DNA of 42,185 bases from Candidatus Luteimonas excrementigallinarum (GTDB lineage Bacteria > Pseudomonadota > Gammaproteobacteria > Xanthomonadales > Xanthomonadaceae), in NCBI GenBank assembly GCA_019115725.1, contig DXCY01000036.1:1-42185 (forward strand). The letters are read 5' to 3'. Position 1 is the first letter of the stretch; each line of letters begins with the position of its first letter. Of this stretch, positions 27,927 through 36,427 are shown in pieces. The position numbers were made by a program, and so were the translations under genes. A model generated the notes under the pieces. It was not told the DNA's origin. It worked only from the letters and a program-made list of their open reading frames with translations, and searched no databases.

Positions 27927-28843
27927 GCGGAATGGAAGAGGAGTTCAAGCCGGATCCGGCCATGATCGGCGGCGTTCCCAAGCCGCCGCTGGCTTTCCTG
28001 CCGGAGCCGGTGAAGCTGTTCCAGACGCGCGGGCGGCGCTTTGCGTTCCTTGCGGAAAGCAACGAATTGGCGCCGTACCTGCGTTTCCTGGCCGAGCTCT
28101 CGCGGCTGCAGGCCCGACTGGCGGTATCGCTGCCGCCGGTCGAGCCGCTGTCGCCGGAGCGTCTGGCCAAGGCGGCCGACGGCGGGATGCCGCCGATCGA
28201 CCGCGGCACGCTGGCGGCCGATCCGGCCCTCGACGCCACCCTGCTGGCCCTGGCCGAACAGGCCGAAGCCATCGATATGCCCGACCAGGCCCGCCAGGCG
28301 CTGGCTGCGGTACGGGCGGCTGACGTTGAACAGCGGCTGTGGCTGCTGTCCAACGTGCTGGGCGACAGCATTCCTGAAGACGCCACCGCGCCGCACCTGT
28401 TCGCCGCTGCGGCGGTGCAGGTGCACCTGGCCCGGCTGGCGGCCACGCTGGACGCCGAGGCGCTGGTGCCGATCAGCACCGGCACCTGTCCGGCCTGTGG
28501 CGGCCGTCCGGTCACCTCTTCGGTGATGGGCGCGCAGGGGATCGAAAGCATCCGCTACGCCAGCTGCGCCGGCTGCGCCACGCAGTGGAACGAGGTGCGG
28601 GTGAAGTGCCTGTGCTGCGGTTCCAACAAGGACGTTCGCTACCGCTCGGTGGAAACCCTCGACGCCACGGTCAAGGCGGAGGCCTGCCGGGAGTGCAATC
28701 GGTGGGTGAAGATCCTGTACCAGGTGAAGAACGCCAGCCTGGACCCGGTGGCCGATGACGTCGGCAGCCTGGGTCTGGATGTGCTGATGAAGGACACCGA
28801 ATTCACCCGCGGTGGCTTCAACCCCTACCTCGTCGGCTACTGA
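27923..28843 (+). CDS. fdhE: Formate dehydrogenase accessory protein FdhE
   Basis: CPACGGRP, RYASCAGCATQW, RVKCLCCG, AEACREC, DPVADDVGSLGLD, GFNPYL. Confidence 0.94.
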   Translation: MSGMEEEFKPDPAMIGGVPKPPLAFLPEPVKLFQTRGRRFAFLAESNELAPYLRFLAELSRLQARLAVSLPPVEPLSPERLAKAADGGMPPIDRGTLAADPALDATLLALAEQAEAIDMPDQARQALAAVRAADVEQRLWLLSNVLGDSIPEDATAPHLFAAAAVQVHLARLAATLDAEALVPISTGTCPACGGRPVTSSVMGAQGIESIRYASCAGCATQWNEVRVKCLCCGSNKDVRYRSVETLDATVKAEACRECNRWVKILYQVKNASLDPVADDVGSLGLDVLMKDTEFTRGGFNPYLVGY

Positions 28844-28850
28844 GTCTCCG

Positions 28851-28877
28851 GGAGCGCGCCAGCGTCTGGCGCGCTCC
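28851..28877. terminator. Perfect 12-bp hairpin between convergent fdhE and the small wHTH gene
   Basis: ggagcgcgccag-cgt-ctggcgcgctcc; no U-tract, so terminator function is inferred from position. Confidence 0.55.
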
Positions 28878-29131
28878 TAGGGTTGCAGGATTGACTGGCG
28901 GGCACGTTGGGTCAGGGTGACGATTTCGGTGCCGTCGCGGGTTTCGACCCGCACCAGGCCGGCGCCTTCGACGCCGCCGATGCTCTCTTCCCCCAGCCAG
29001 GCCAGCGTGCGCATCAGCAGGCTCATGCGGGCGTCCAGGCGCTTGCGCAGGCGCGCCAGGTCGATCCCGTCCGGATGCCGGGCCAGCTCGGCCAGCAGTG
29101 CCTCAGCGAACGACGGCTGCGGGGATGTCAC
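28877..29131 (-). CDS. Small winged-helix-like hypothetical protein
   Basis: 84 aa: LLAELARHPDGIDLARLRKRLDARMSLLMRTLAWLG...GLVRVETRDGTEIVTLTQRAR, resembling HTH plus wing; GTG start overlaps the 3' end of the FdhF/YdeP gene. Confidence 0.6.
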   Translation of the reverse strand: MTSPQPSFAEALLAELARHPDGIDLARLRKRLDARMSLLMRTLAWLGEESIGGVEGAGLVRVETRDGTEIVTLTQRARQSILQP

Positions 29132-31463
29132 GCTGGCTTGGGCGGCTGGCGGCCGCGTCGGGGCGGTGCGGATGAATCAGCACCGGGATGGATTTCGAGG
29201 TTGGCGTGCGGGCGCGTTCGGCAAAGCTCGACAGCGGCACCAGCGGATTGGTCTCGGGGTAGTAGGCGGCCAGGCAGCCGCGGGGAATGTCGTAGGCCGC
29301 CAGCAGGAACCCCTTTGCCGTGCGCTTGATGCCGTCCTCACCCAGGCTTTCCAGATCCACCCGGTCGCCGGCGTCCATGCCCAGCGCGGCGATGTCGTCG
29401 GCGTGGGCGAACAGCACGCGCCGCTCCCCGTGCACCCCGCGGTAGCGGTCATCGAGGCCGTACACGGTGGTGTTGTACTGGTCGTGAGAGCGCACGGTGC
29501 TGAGCACGAACACCGGTTGGCCGCTGTCCGCCCGACCTGCGCGGGCGCGATGGACAGGCGTGCTGGTGGGCACCCGATGGGCCTTGAAAGCGGCCCGGCC
29601 GCTGGCGGTGTTCCAGTGCCGCTCGCGCGCGCCGTTGCCGAGGCGGAAGCCGCCCGGCACCCGTACGCGCTGGTTGAAGTCATGGAAGTCGTCGAACACC
29701 CGCGCAATCAGGTCGCGGATGCGGTCGTAGTCCTCCACCAGCCAGCGCCACTGCACCTGGCTGCGTGCGCCCAGGGTGGCCTCGGCCAGGCGCGCCACGA
29801 TGGCCGGCTCCGACAGCAGGCTGGGATCGGCCGGGGCGTTGATGCCGCCGGACAGGTGCACCATGCTCATCGAGTCCTCCACCGTCACCTGCTGCGGGCC
29901 GGTGGCCTGCATATCGATCTCGGTGCGGCCCAGGCAGGGCAGGATCAGCGCCTCGCGCCCGTGCACCAGGTGGCTGCGGTTGAGCTTGGTGGCCACGTGC
30001 ACGGTGAGGTCGCAGTTGCGCAGGGCGGCGTGGGTGGCGGCGGTATCGGGCGTGGCCGCGGCGAAGTTGCCGCCCATGGCGAAGAACACCTTCGCCTGCC
30101 CGTCGCGCATGGCCTCGATCGCGCCAATGGTGTCGTAGCCCGGCGCGCGCGGCGGCTGGAAGCCGAACACCTCCTCTAGCCGGTCCAGGAACGCCTGCGG
30201 CGGTTTCTCCCAGATCATCATGGTGCGGTCGCCCTGCACGTTGCTGTGTCCGCGCACCGGGCAGGCGCCCGCGCCGGGCCGGCCGATGTGGCCGCCGAGC
30301 AGCAGCAGATTGCAGATCATCTGGATGGTGGCCACCGAGTGCAGGTGCTGGGTGATCCCCATGCCCCAGCAGCAGATCAGGCGTTTCGCGCCCAGCCAGG
30401 TGTCGCCGACCCGGCGGATCGCGTCCTCGTCCAGGCCCGACTCGGCGGTGATCGTGTCCCAGGCCTCGGCGGTGATATCGGCGGCGAAGGCTTCGAAACC
30501 GGTGGTATGGGCGTCGATGAATGCGCGGTCCAGCAGCGAGGGCTGGCCAGCGGCCAGCGCCTCGGCATCGCGCTCCAGGGCATGCTTGATGATGCCCTTT
30601 ACCGCAGCCAGGTCGCCGCCGATCTTCAGCTGCAGGTAGTCCGAGGAGATCCGGGTGGAGCCACCGCGCAGCATCTCCGCCTTGTCCTTGGGATCGGCGA
30701 AGCGCTCCAGTCCGCGTTCGCGCAGCGGGTTGAACGACACGATGGCCGCGCCGCGCTTCGCCGCTTCGCGCAGCTCGCCCAGCATGCGCGGATGGTTGGT
30801 GCCCGGGTTCTGGCCGAAGATGAAGATCGCATCGGCCTGCTCGAAATCGGCCAGCGACACCGTGCCCTTGCCGACGCCGATCTGCTCGCCCAGCGCCACG
30901 CCCGAAGGCTCGTGGCACATGTTTGAGCAGTCGGGAAAATTGTTGGTGCCGAACTCGCGCACGAACAGCTGGTACAGGAACGCCGCCTCGTTGCTGGTGC
31001 GCCCGGAGGTGTAGAACACCGCCTCGTCCGGCGAGGGCAGGGCGTTGAGGTGGCGGGCGATGAGGGCAAAAGCCTCGTCCCACTCCACCGGCACGTAGCG
31101 GTCGCTGCCGGCGTCGTAGCGCATCGGCGTGGTCAGCCGGCCCTGGCCTTCCAGCCAGTGGTCGCTGTAGCCGGAGAGTTCGGCCACGGTGTACTTCGCG
31201 AACAGGTCCGGTCCGGCGCGGTGGCGCGTGGACTCGGCCGCCACCGCCTTGGCGCCGTTCTCGCAGAACTCGAAGGTGGAGGTGTGGTCGCGGTCGGGCC
31301 AGGCGCAGCCGGGGCAGTCGAAGCCGTCGGGCTGGTTCATCGACAGCAGGGTCTTCGCGCCCTTGACCGCCACGTCCTCCTTGCGCAGGTGCGCGGCCAC
31401 GCTGCGCAGCGATGGCCAGCCGCCGGCGGGGCCTTCGAAGGACTGGATGGTTTTCCTGCTCAT
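29103..31463 (-). CDS. FdhF/YdeP family molybdopterin oxidoreductase (Cys-ligated)
   Basis: PAGGWPSL, NQPDGFDCPGCAWPD, FEFCENGAKAV, FYTSGRTSNE, NNFPDCSNMCHE, CPVRGHSNVQGDRT, RSHDQYNTTVYG, YYPETNPLVP; no signal peptide. Start trimmed to ATG 31463. Confidence 0.93.
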   Translation of the reverse strand: MSRKTIQSFEGPAGGWPSLRSVAAHLRKEDVAVKGAKTLLSMNQPDGFDCPGCAWPDRDHTSTFEFCENGAKAVAAESTRHRAGPDLFAKYTVAELSGYSDHWLEGQGRLTTPMRYDAGSDRYVPVEWDEAFALIARHLNALPSPDEAVFYTSGRTSNEAAFLYQLFVREFGTNNFPDCSNMCHEPSGVALGEQIGVGKGTVSLADFEQADAIFIFGQNPGTNHPRMLGELREAAKRGAAIVSFNPLRERGLERFADPKDKAEMLRGGSTRISSDYLQLKIGGDLAAVKGIIKHALERDAEALAAGQPSLLDRAFIDAHTTGFEAFAADITAEAWDTITAESGLDEDAIRRVGDTWLGAKRLICCWGMGITQHLHSVATIQMICNLLLLGGHIGRPGAGACPVRGHSNVQGDRTMMIWEKPPQAFLDRLEEVFGFQPPRAPGYDTIGAIEAMRDGQAKVFFAMGGNFAAATPDTAATHAALRNCDLTVHVATKLNRSHLVHGREALILPCLGRTEIDMQATGPQQVTVEDSMSMVHLSGGINAPADPSLLSEPAIVARLAEATLGARSQVQWRWLVEDYDRIRDLIARVFDDFHDFNQRVRVPGGFRLGNGARERHWNTASGRAAFKAHRVPTSTPVHRARAGRADSGQPVFVLSTVRSHDQYNTTVYGLDDRYRGVHGERRVLFAHADDIAALGMDAGDRVDLESLGEDGIKRTAKGFLLAAYDIPRGCLAAYYPETNPLVPLSSFAERARTPTSKSIPVLIHPHRPDAAASRPSQRDIPAAVVR

Positions 31464-31608
31464 ACCGGAATGATCGTTGCGTGGGGCTGCCCCATCTTCC
31501 CGCGGGGGTGGGGGCAAGTCCATTCGGCGGGCGCCCATGCCGTTTGACCCATGCGCCGCGGCGCGGCAACGTGCAGGCTCGGCCGACTGAGATAACGGAG
31601 GGACGGCC

Positions 31609-33243
31609 TTGCATCGACGTGATTTCCTGACCCTGGGGGGGCTTGGTATCGGCGCCCTGGTGCTGCCGCCTTTCATCGGCCGCGCAATTGCCGCTGAAGA
31701 GCTGATGCTGGCGCTGGACGCCGGGCTCAAGCGCCAGCTGGCGGATGTGGCGCTGGAAGCCGCCACCGGTGGCGGGGCCAGCTACTGCGATGTGCGCATC
31801 GGCCGCTACCTGCGCCAGTTCGTGATGACCCGCGAGGACCGGGTCGAGAACGTGGTCAACGAGGAATCCACCGGCGTTGGCGTGCGGGTGATCGCCAACG
31901 GCGCGTGGGGCTTTGCCGCCACCAGCGAGCTCACCCCGCAGGCCGTGGTGCAGGCCGCGCGCCAGGCCACGGCGATTGCGCGGGCCAATGCCCGCATCCA
32001 GGTTGAACCGGTGCAGCTGGCGCCGGTCCGCGGCGTGGGTGAGGTGAGCTGGCGCACGCCGATCGAACGCAACGCGATGGAAGTGCCGGTGGAGGAAAAG
32101 GTGGCGCTGCTGCTGGGCGTCAACGCCGACGCGATCAATGCCGGCGCCGACTTCGTCAGCTCGCGCATGTTCGCGGTCAACGAGCAGAAGTATTTCGCCA
32201 GCACCGACGGCTCCTATATCGACCAGGACGTGCACCGTATCTGGGCCCCGTTCACGGTCACCGCGGTGGACAAGGTGAGCGGCAGGTTCCGCACCCGCGA
32301 CGGCCTGTCCGCGCCCATGGGCATGGGCTACGAATACCTCGGCGCGGATCCGGCCGGGCGCATCGAACTGCCCGGGGGCGTGGTGGCCTACACCACCTCC
32401 TACGACATGCGCGAGGATGCGGTGGCTGCGGCGAAGCAGGCGCGCGAGAAGCTCTCCGCCCCCTCGGTCGAACCCGGCCGCTACGATCTGGTGCTCGATC
32501 CCAGCCACCTGTTCCTGACCATCCACGAGAACGTGGGACACCCGTTGGAGCTGGACCGCGTGCTCGGCTATGAAGCCAACTACGCCGGCACCAGCTTCGC
32601 TACCGTTGAGCGCATGCGGGAAGGCCTGAAGTACGGCAGCGAGCGGGTGAACTTCTTCGCCGACAAGACCCAGCCCGGCAGCCTCGGCGCCGTGGCGTAT
32701 GACGACGAGGGCGTGAAGTGCAAGCGCTGGGACCTGGTGAAGGACGGCATGCTGGTCGACTACCAGGCCACCCGCGATCAGGCCCACATTCTCGGCAAGA
32801 CCGAATCCGACGGCTGCAGCTACGCCGATTCCTGGTCGACGGTGCAGTTCCAGCGCATGCCCAACGTGTCGCTGGCGCCGGGCAAGGCGCCGCTGACCGT
32901 GGCAGAGATGATTGCGGATGTGGAAGACGGCATCTACATCCACGGGCGCGGTTCGTACTCGATTGACCAGCAGCGCTACAACGCCCAGTTCGGCGGGCAG
33001 CTGTACTACGAGATCAGGAACGGCGAGGTGACCCGGATGCTGGAGGATGTGGCCTACCAGATTCGCACGCCGGAGTTCTGGAACGCCTGCAGCGCGATCT
33101 GTGACGAGCGCGATTTCCGCCTTGGCGGGTCGTTCTTCGACGGCAAGGGGCAGCCTTCGCAGGTGTCCGCGGTGTCGCATGGTTCGGCGACCACCCGGTT
33201 CGACGGCATCAACGTGATCAACACCGCCCGCAGCCTCGGCTGA
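31609..33243 (+). CDS. tldD: TldD-family metalloprotease, paralog 1, with Tat signal
   Basis: TTG start after GGAGGG; MHRRDFL Tat motif and AIA cleavage site; GVGVRVIANGAWGFA, zinc motif HENVGH, YDDEGV, QRMPNVSL, DGKGQP. Confidence 0.9.
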   Translation: MHRRDFLTLGGLGIGALVLPPFIGRAIAAEELMLALDAGLKRQLADVALEAATGGGASYCDVRIGRYLRQFVMTREDRVENVVNEESTGVGVRVIANGAWGFAATSELTPQAVVQAARQATAIARANARIQVEPVQLAPVRGVGEVSWRTPIERNAMEVPVEEKVALLLGVNADAINAGADFVSSRMFAVNEQKYFASTDGSYIDQDVHRIWAPFTVTAVDKVSGRFRTRDGLSAPMGMGYEYLGADPAGRIELPGGVVAYTTSYDMREDAVAAAKQAREKLSAPSVEPGRYDLVLDPSHLFLTIHENVGHPLELDRVLGYEANYAGTSFATVERMREGLKYGSERVNFFADKTQPGSLGAVAYDDEGVKCKRWDLVKDGMLVDYQATRDQAHILGKTESDGCSYADSWSTVQFQRMPNVSLAPGKAPLTVAEMIADVEDGIYIHGRGSYSIDQQRYNAQFGGQLYYEIRNGEVTRMLEDVAYQIRTPEFWNACSAICDERDFRLGGSFFDGKGQPSQVSAVSHGSATTRFDGINVINTARSLG

Positions 33244-33258
33244 TGTGCCAAAAGCCAT

Positions 33259-33287
33259 TTGACGCTCATTCACCCGGCCGCAAGAAT
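33259..33287 (+). promoter_or_regulatory. Putative sigma70 promoter upstream of the second tldD
   Basis: TTGACG-N17-AAGAAT in the 141-bp gap between the two tldD genes. Confidence 0.45.
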
Positions 33288-33384
33288 CGATGCGGCCTGA
33301 CGCCATCCGTCGCGCTATCAATCCGCACCCTCCCATCCCGATCGCCCGCCCTGTGCGCCAGCGATCCAGCACCGGAGACCTGTC

Positions 33385-35019
33385 TTGGACAGACGTGACT
33401 TCCTGGCCCTCAGCGGCCTCGGGCTGGGCGGGCTGGTCCTGCCATCGTGGCTCGGCAAGGCCGTGGCCGCCGATGAGCTGGTGACCGTCCTCGATCCCGC
33501 CATCAAGAAACGCCTGGCCGATACGGCGCTGCAGGCCGCCACCGGTGCCGGTGCCAGCTATTGCGACGTGCGCATCGGCCGCTACCTGCGCCAGTTCGTG
33601 ATGACCCGCGAGGACAAGGTGCAGAACGTGGTCAACGCCGAATCCACCGGCGTCGGCGTGCGGGTGATCGCCGACGGCGCCTGGGGGTTCGCCGCCACCA
33701 ATGACATCAGCCCCGACGCCGTGGCCCGCGCCGCGCGCCAGGCGACCGCGATCGCCAAGGCCAACGCCCGGATCCAGGGCGAGCCCGTGCAGCTGGCCCC
33801 GGTGCAGGGCGTGGGCGAGGTGAGCTGGCGTACGCCGATCCAGCGCAACGCCATGGAAGTGCCGGTCAAGGAAAAGGTGGAGCTGCTGCTGGGCGTCAAT
33901 GCCGCGGCGCTGGGCGCCGGTGCCAGCTTCGTCAATTCCACCCTGTTCGCAGTCAACGAGCAGAAGTACTTCGCCAGCACCGACGGCTCCTATATCGACC
34001 AGGACGTGCACCGCATCTGGGCGCCGATGACCGTCACCGCCATCGACCAGTCCAGCGGCAGGTTCCGCACCCGGGCCGGGCTGTCGGCGCCGATGGGGCT
34101 GGGCTATGAATACTTCGATGCCGATCCCGCGCAGAAATTCGTTTCCCCCAACGGCGTCGTCAACTACGGCCACTCCTACGACATGGTCGAGGACGCGGTG
34201 GCCGCGGCGAAGCAGGCGCGCGAGAAGCTCACCGCGCCGTCGGTGGAGCCGGGCCGCTATGACCTGGTGCTTGATCCCTCGCACACCTGGTTGACCATCC
34301 ATGAATCCGTCGGCCACCCGCTGGAGCTGGATCGCGTGCTCGGCTACGAGGCCAACTACGCCGGCACCAGTTTCGCCACCCTCGACAAGCGCGAGGAAGG
34401 CTTCCAGTACGGCAGCGACCTGGTCACGATCTTCGCCGACAAGACCCAGCCCGGCAGCCTCGGCGCCGTGGCGTATGACGACGAAGGCGTGAAGTGCAAG
34501 CGCTGGGACCTGATCCGCGACGGCATCCTGGTCGACTACCAGACCATCCGCGACCAGGCCCATATCCTCGGCAAGGACGCGTCGGATGGCTGCTGCTACG
34601 CCGATTCCTGGTCGACGGTGCAGTTCCAGCGCATGCCCAACGTGTCCATGGCCCCGGGCAAGGCGCCACTGTCGGTGGAGGACATGATCAAGGACGTCGA
34701 GAACGGCATCTACATCATCGGCGACGGCTCGTTCTCGATCGACCAGCAGCGCTACAACGCGCAGTTCGGCGGCCAGCTGTTCTACGAGATCAAGGACGGT
34801 GAAATCACCGGCATGATCGAGGACGTGGCCTACCAGATCCGCACCCCGGAATTCTGGAACGCCTGCAGCGCGGTCTGCGACGAATCCGACTATCGCCTGG
34901 GTGGCTCGTTCTTCGACGGCAAGGGCCAGCCTTCTCAGGTGTCGGCCGTGTCGCACGGCTCGTCCACCGCCCGCTTCGACGGCATCAACGTGATCAATAC
35001 CGCCCGCTCGCTCGGCTGA
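33385..35019 (+). CDS. tldD: TldD-family metalloprotease, paralog 2, with Tat signal
   Basis: TTG start after GGAG; MDRRDFL Tat motif and AVA cleavage site; HESVGH zinc motif; colinear with paralog 1 (both 544 aa). Confidence 0.9.
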   Translation: MDRRDFLALSGLGLGGLVLPSWLGKAVAADELVTVLDPAIKKRLADTALQAATGAGASYCDVRIGRYLRQFVMTREDKVQNVVNAESTGVGVRVIADGAWGFAATNDISPDAVARAARQATAIAKANARIQGEPVQLAPVQGVGEVSWRTPIQRNAMEVPVKEKVELLLGVNAAALGAGASFVNSTLFAVNEQKYFASTDGSYIDQDVHRIWAPMTVTAIDQSSGRFRTRAGLSAPMGLGYEYFDADPAQKFVSPNGVVNYGHSYDMVEDAVAAAKQAREKLTAPSVEPGRYDLVLDPSHTWLTIHESVGHPLELDRVLGYEANYAGTSFATLDKREEGFQYGSDLVTIFADKTQPGSLGAVAYDDEGVKCKRWDLIRDGILVDYQTIRDQAHILGKDASDGCCYADSWSTVQFQRMPNVSMAPGKAPLSVEDMIKDVENGIYIIGDGSFSIDQQRYNAQFGGQLFYEIKDGEITGMIEDVAYQIRTPEFWNACSAVCDESDYRLGGSFFDGKGQPSQVSAVSHGSSTARFDGINVINTARSLG

Positions 35020-35044
35020 CCGGTACCAAGGAGACTTCCACAAC

Positions 35045-36373
35045 ATGACCATCTTCACCGAAGAGCAGGCCCGCGCCATCCTCGACAAGGTCGTGGCCCT
35101 GTCCACGGCCGACGAATGCACCGCCACCCTGAGCGGCTCGGTCGAGGGCAACATCCGCTTTGCCCGCAACAGCGTGTCCACCAGTGGCGAGGTTGCCAAC
35201 GCCGAACTCGCTGTGCAGGTGGCCTTCGGCAAGCGCGTGGGCACGGCCACCATCAACGAGTTCAGTGACGAGGCCCTGGAACGCGTAGTGCGCCGGGCCG
35301 AAGACCTTGCGCGGCTGGCCCCGGAGAACGCCGAGTTCATGCCCGCCATCGGGCCGCAGCAGTACCGTCCCAGCCCGACATTCAGTGAATCCACCGCGGC
35401 AATCACCCCGGATTTCCGCGCCGGCGTGGCGGCTGATTCCATCGCCCCGTGCCGGCAGCAGAACCTGGTGGCCGCCGGGTTCCTCGAGGACGGGCAGAGC
35501 TTCACCGCGTTTGCCAACAGCAACGGCAACTTCGGCTACCAGCGCGGCACCAGCTTCGATTACACCTGCACCGTGCGGACCGAAGACGGGCAGGGCTCGG
35601 GCTGGGTGGGACGCAACCTGCGCCATGCCAGCGATTTCGACGCCAGCCGCGACGTGGCGGTGGCGATGCGCAAGGCCAGCTCGTCGGCCGGCGCGCGTGC
35701 GCTGGAGCCGGGCAAGTACACGGTGATCCTGGAGCCGGCCGCGGTGGCCGGGCTGGTGTCGTTCATGATGCGCTTCTTCGATGCGCGCAGCGCCGACGAG
35801 GGCCGCAGCTTTCTTTCCAGGCGCGGTGGCGGCAACCGGCTGGGCGAGCAGCTGTTCGACCCGCGGGTGAACGTGATTGCCGATCCTTGGAACGAGGACG
35901 TGCCGGTGATGCCGTGGGACGGCGAGGGCATGCCGCGCGAACGCATGCCGATCATCGAGAACGGCAAGGTGGCCGCGCTGAACTACTCGCGCTACTGGGC
36001 CCAGCAGCAGGGCCAGCGCGCCGTGGGCAGTCCGGGCAACATGATCATGTCGGGCGGCGACAAGTCGACCGGCGAGCTGATTGCCGGCACCGATCGCGGC
36101 GTGCTGGTGACCCGCACCTGGTACATCCGCATGGTGGATCCGCAGACCGTGCTGCTGACCGGCCTGACCCGCGATGGCACGTTCTATATCGAGGACGGGC
36201 AGATCCGCTATCCGATCAAGAACTTCCGCTTCAACGAGTCGCCGGTGATCATGCTCAACAACATCGATGAGCTGGGCCGTCCGGTGCGGGTGGGCGAGGG
36301 CCGGATGCAGATGATGCTGCCGCCGATGCGGCTGCGGGATTTCACCTTCACTTCGCTCTCTGACGCGGTGTGA
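35045..36373 (+). CDS. TldE/PmbA-family partner subunit
   Basis: NIRFARN, LEPGKYTVILEP, ARSADEGRSF, WDGEG, GVLVTRTWYIR, TGLTRDGTF, NFRFNESP; no HExxxH motif and no signal peptide. Confidence 0.88.
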   Translation: MTIFTEEQARAILDKVVALSTADECTATLSGSVEGNIRFARNSVSTSGEVANAELAVQVAFGKRVGTATINEFSDEALERVVRRAEDLARLAPENAEFMPAIGPQQYRPSPTFSESTAAITPDFRAGVAADSIAPCRQQNLVAAGFLEDGQSFTAFANSNGNFGYQRGTSFDYTCTVRTEDGQGSGWVGRNLRHASDFDASRDVAVAMRKASSSAGARALEPGKYTVILEPAAVAGLVSFMMRFFDARSADEGRSFLSRRGGGNRLGEQLFDPRVNVIADPWNEDVPVMPWDGEGMPRERMPIIENGKVAALNYSRYWAQQQGQRAVGSPGNMIMSGGDKSTGELIAGTDRGVLVTRTWYIRMVDPQTVLLTGLTRDGTFYIEDGQIRYPIKNFRFNESPVIMLNNIDELGRPVRVGEGRMQMMLPPMRLRDFTFTSLSDAV

Positions 36374-36427
36374 CCAGGTGGCGCGTCACGTGGCTTCGTG
36401 CGCGTGGCGCGCTCCTGCCATGAAGGC

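Noticed and set aside
28844-29102. tRNA-Sec (selC) downstream of fdhE
   Set aside because: No cloverleaf or UCA anticodon arm recognisable; the region holds a hairpin and the small wHTH ORF.
33244-33484. Small ORF (33290..33484) as a RiPP-like precursor substrate for TldDE
   Set aside because: Overlaps tldD2 out of frame, has no clear RBS and no precursor-like composition; no modification enzymes nearby.
29680-35529. 1949-aa minus-strand ORF
   Set aside because: Mostly the antisense shadow of tldD/tldD/tldE plus an off-frame overlap with fdhF/ydeP; no recognisable motifs; long stop-free shadows are expected at this GC content.
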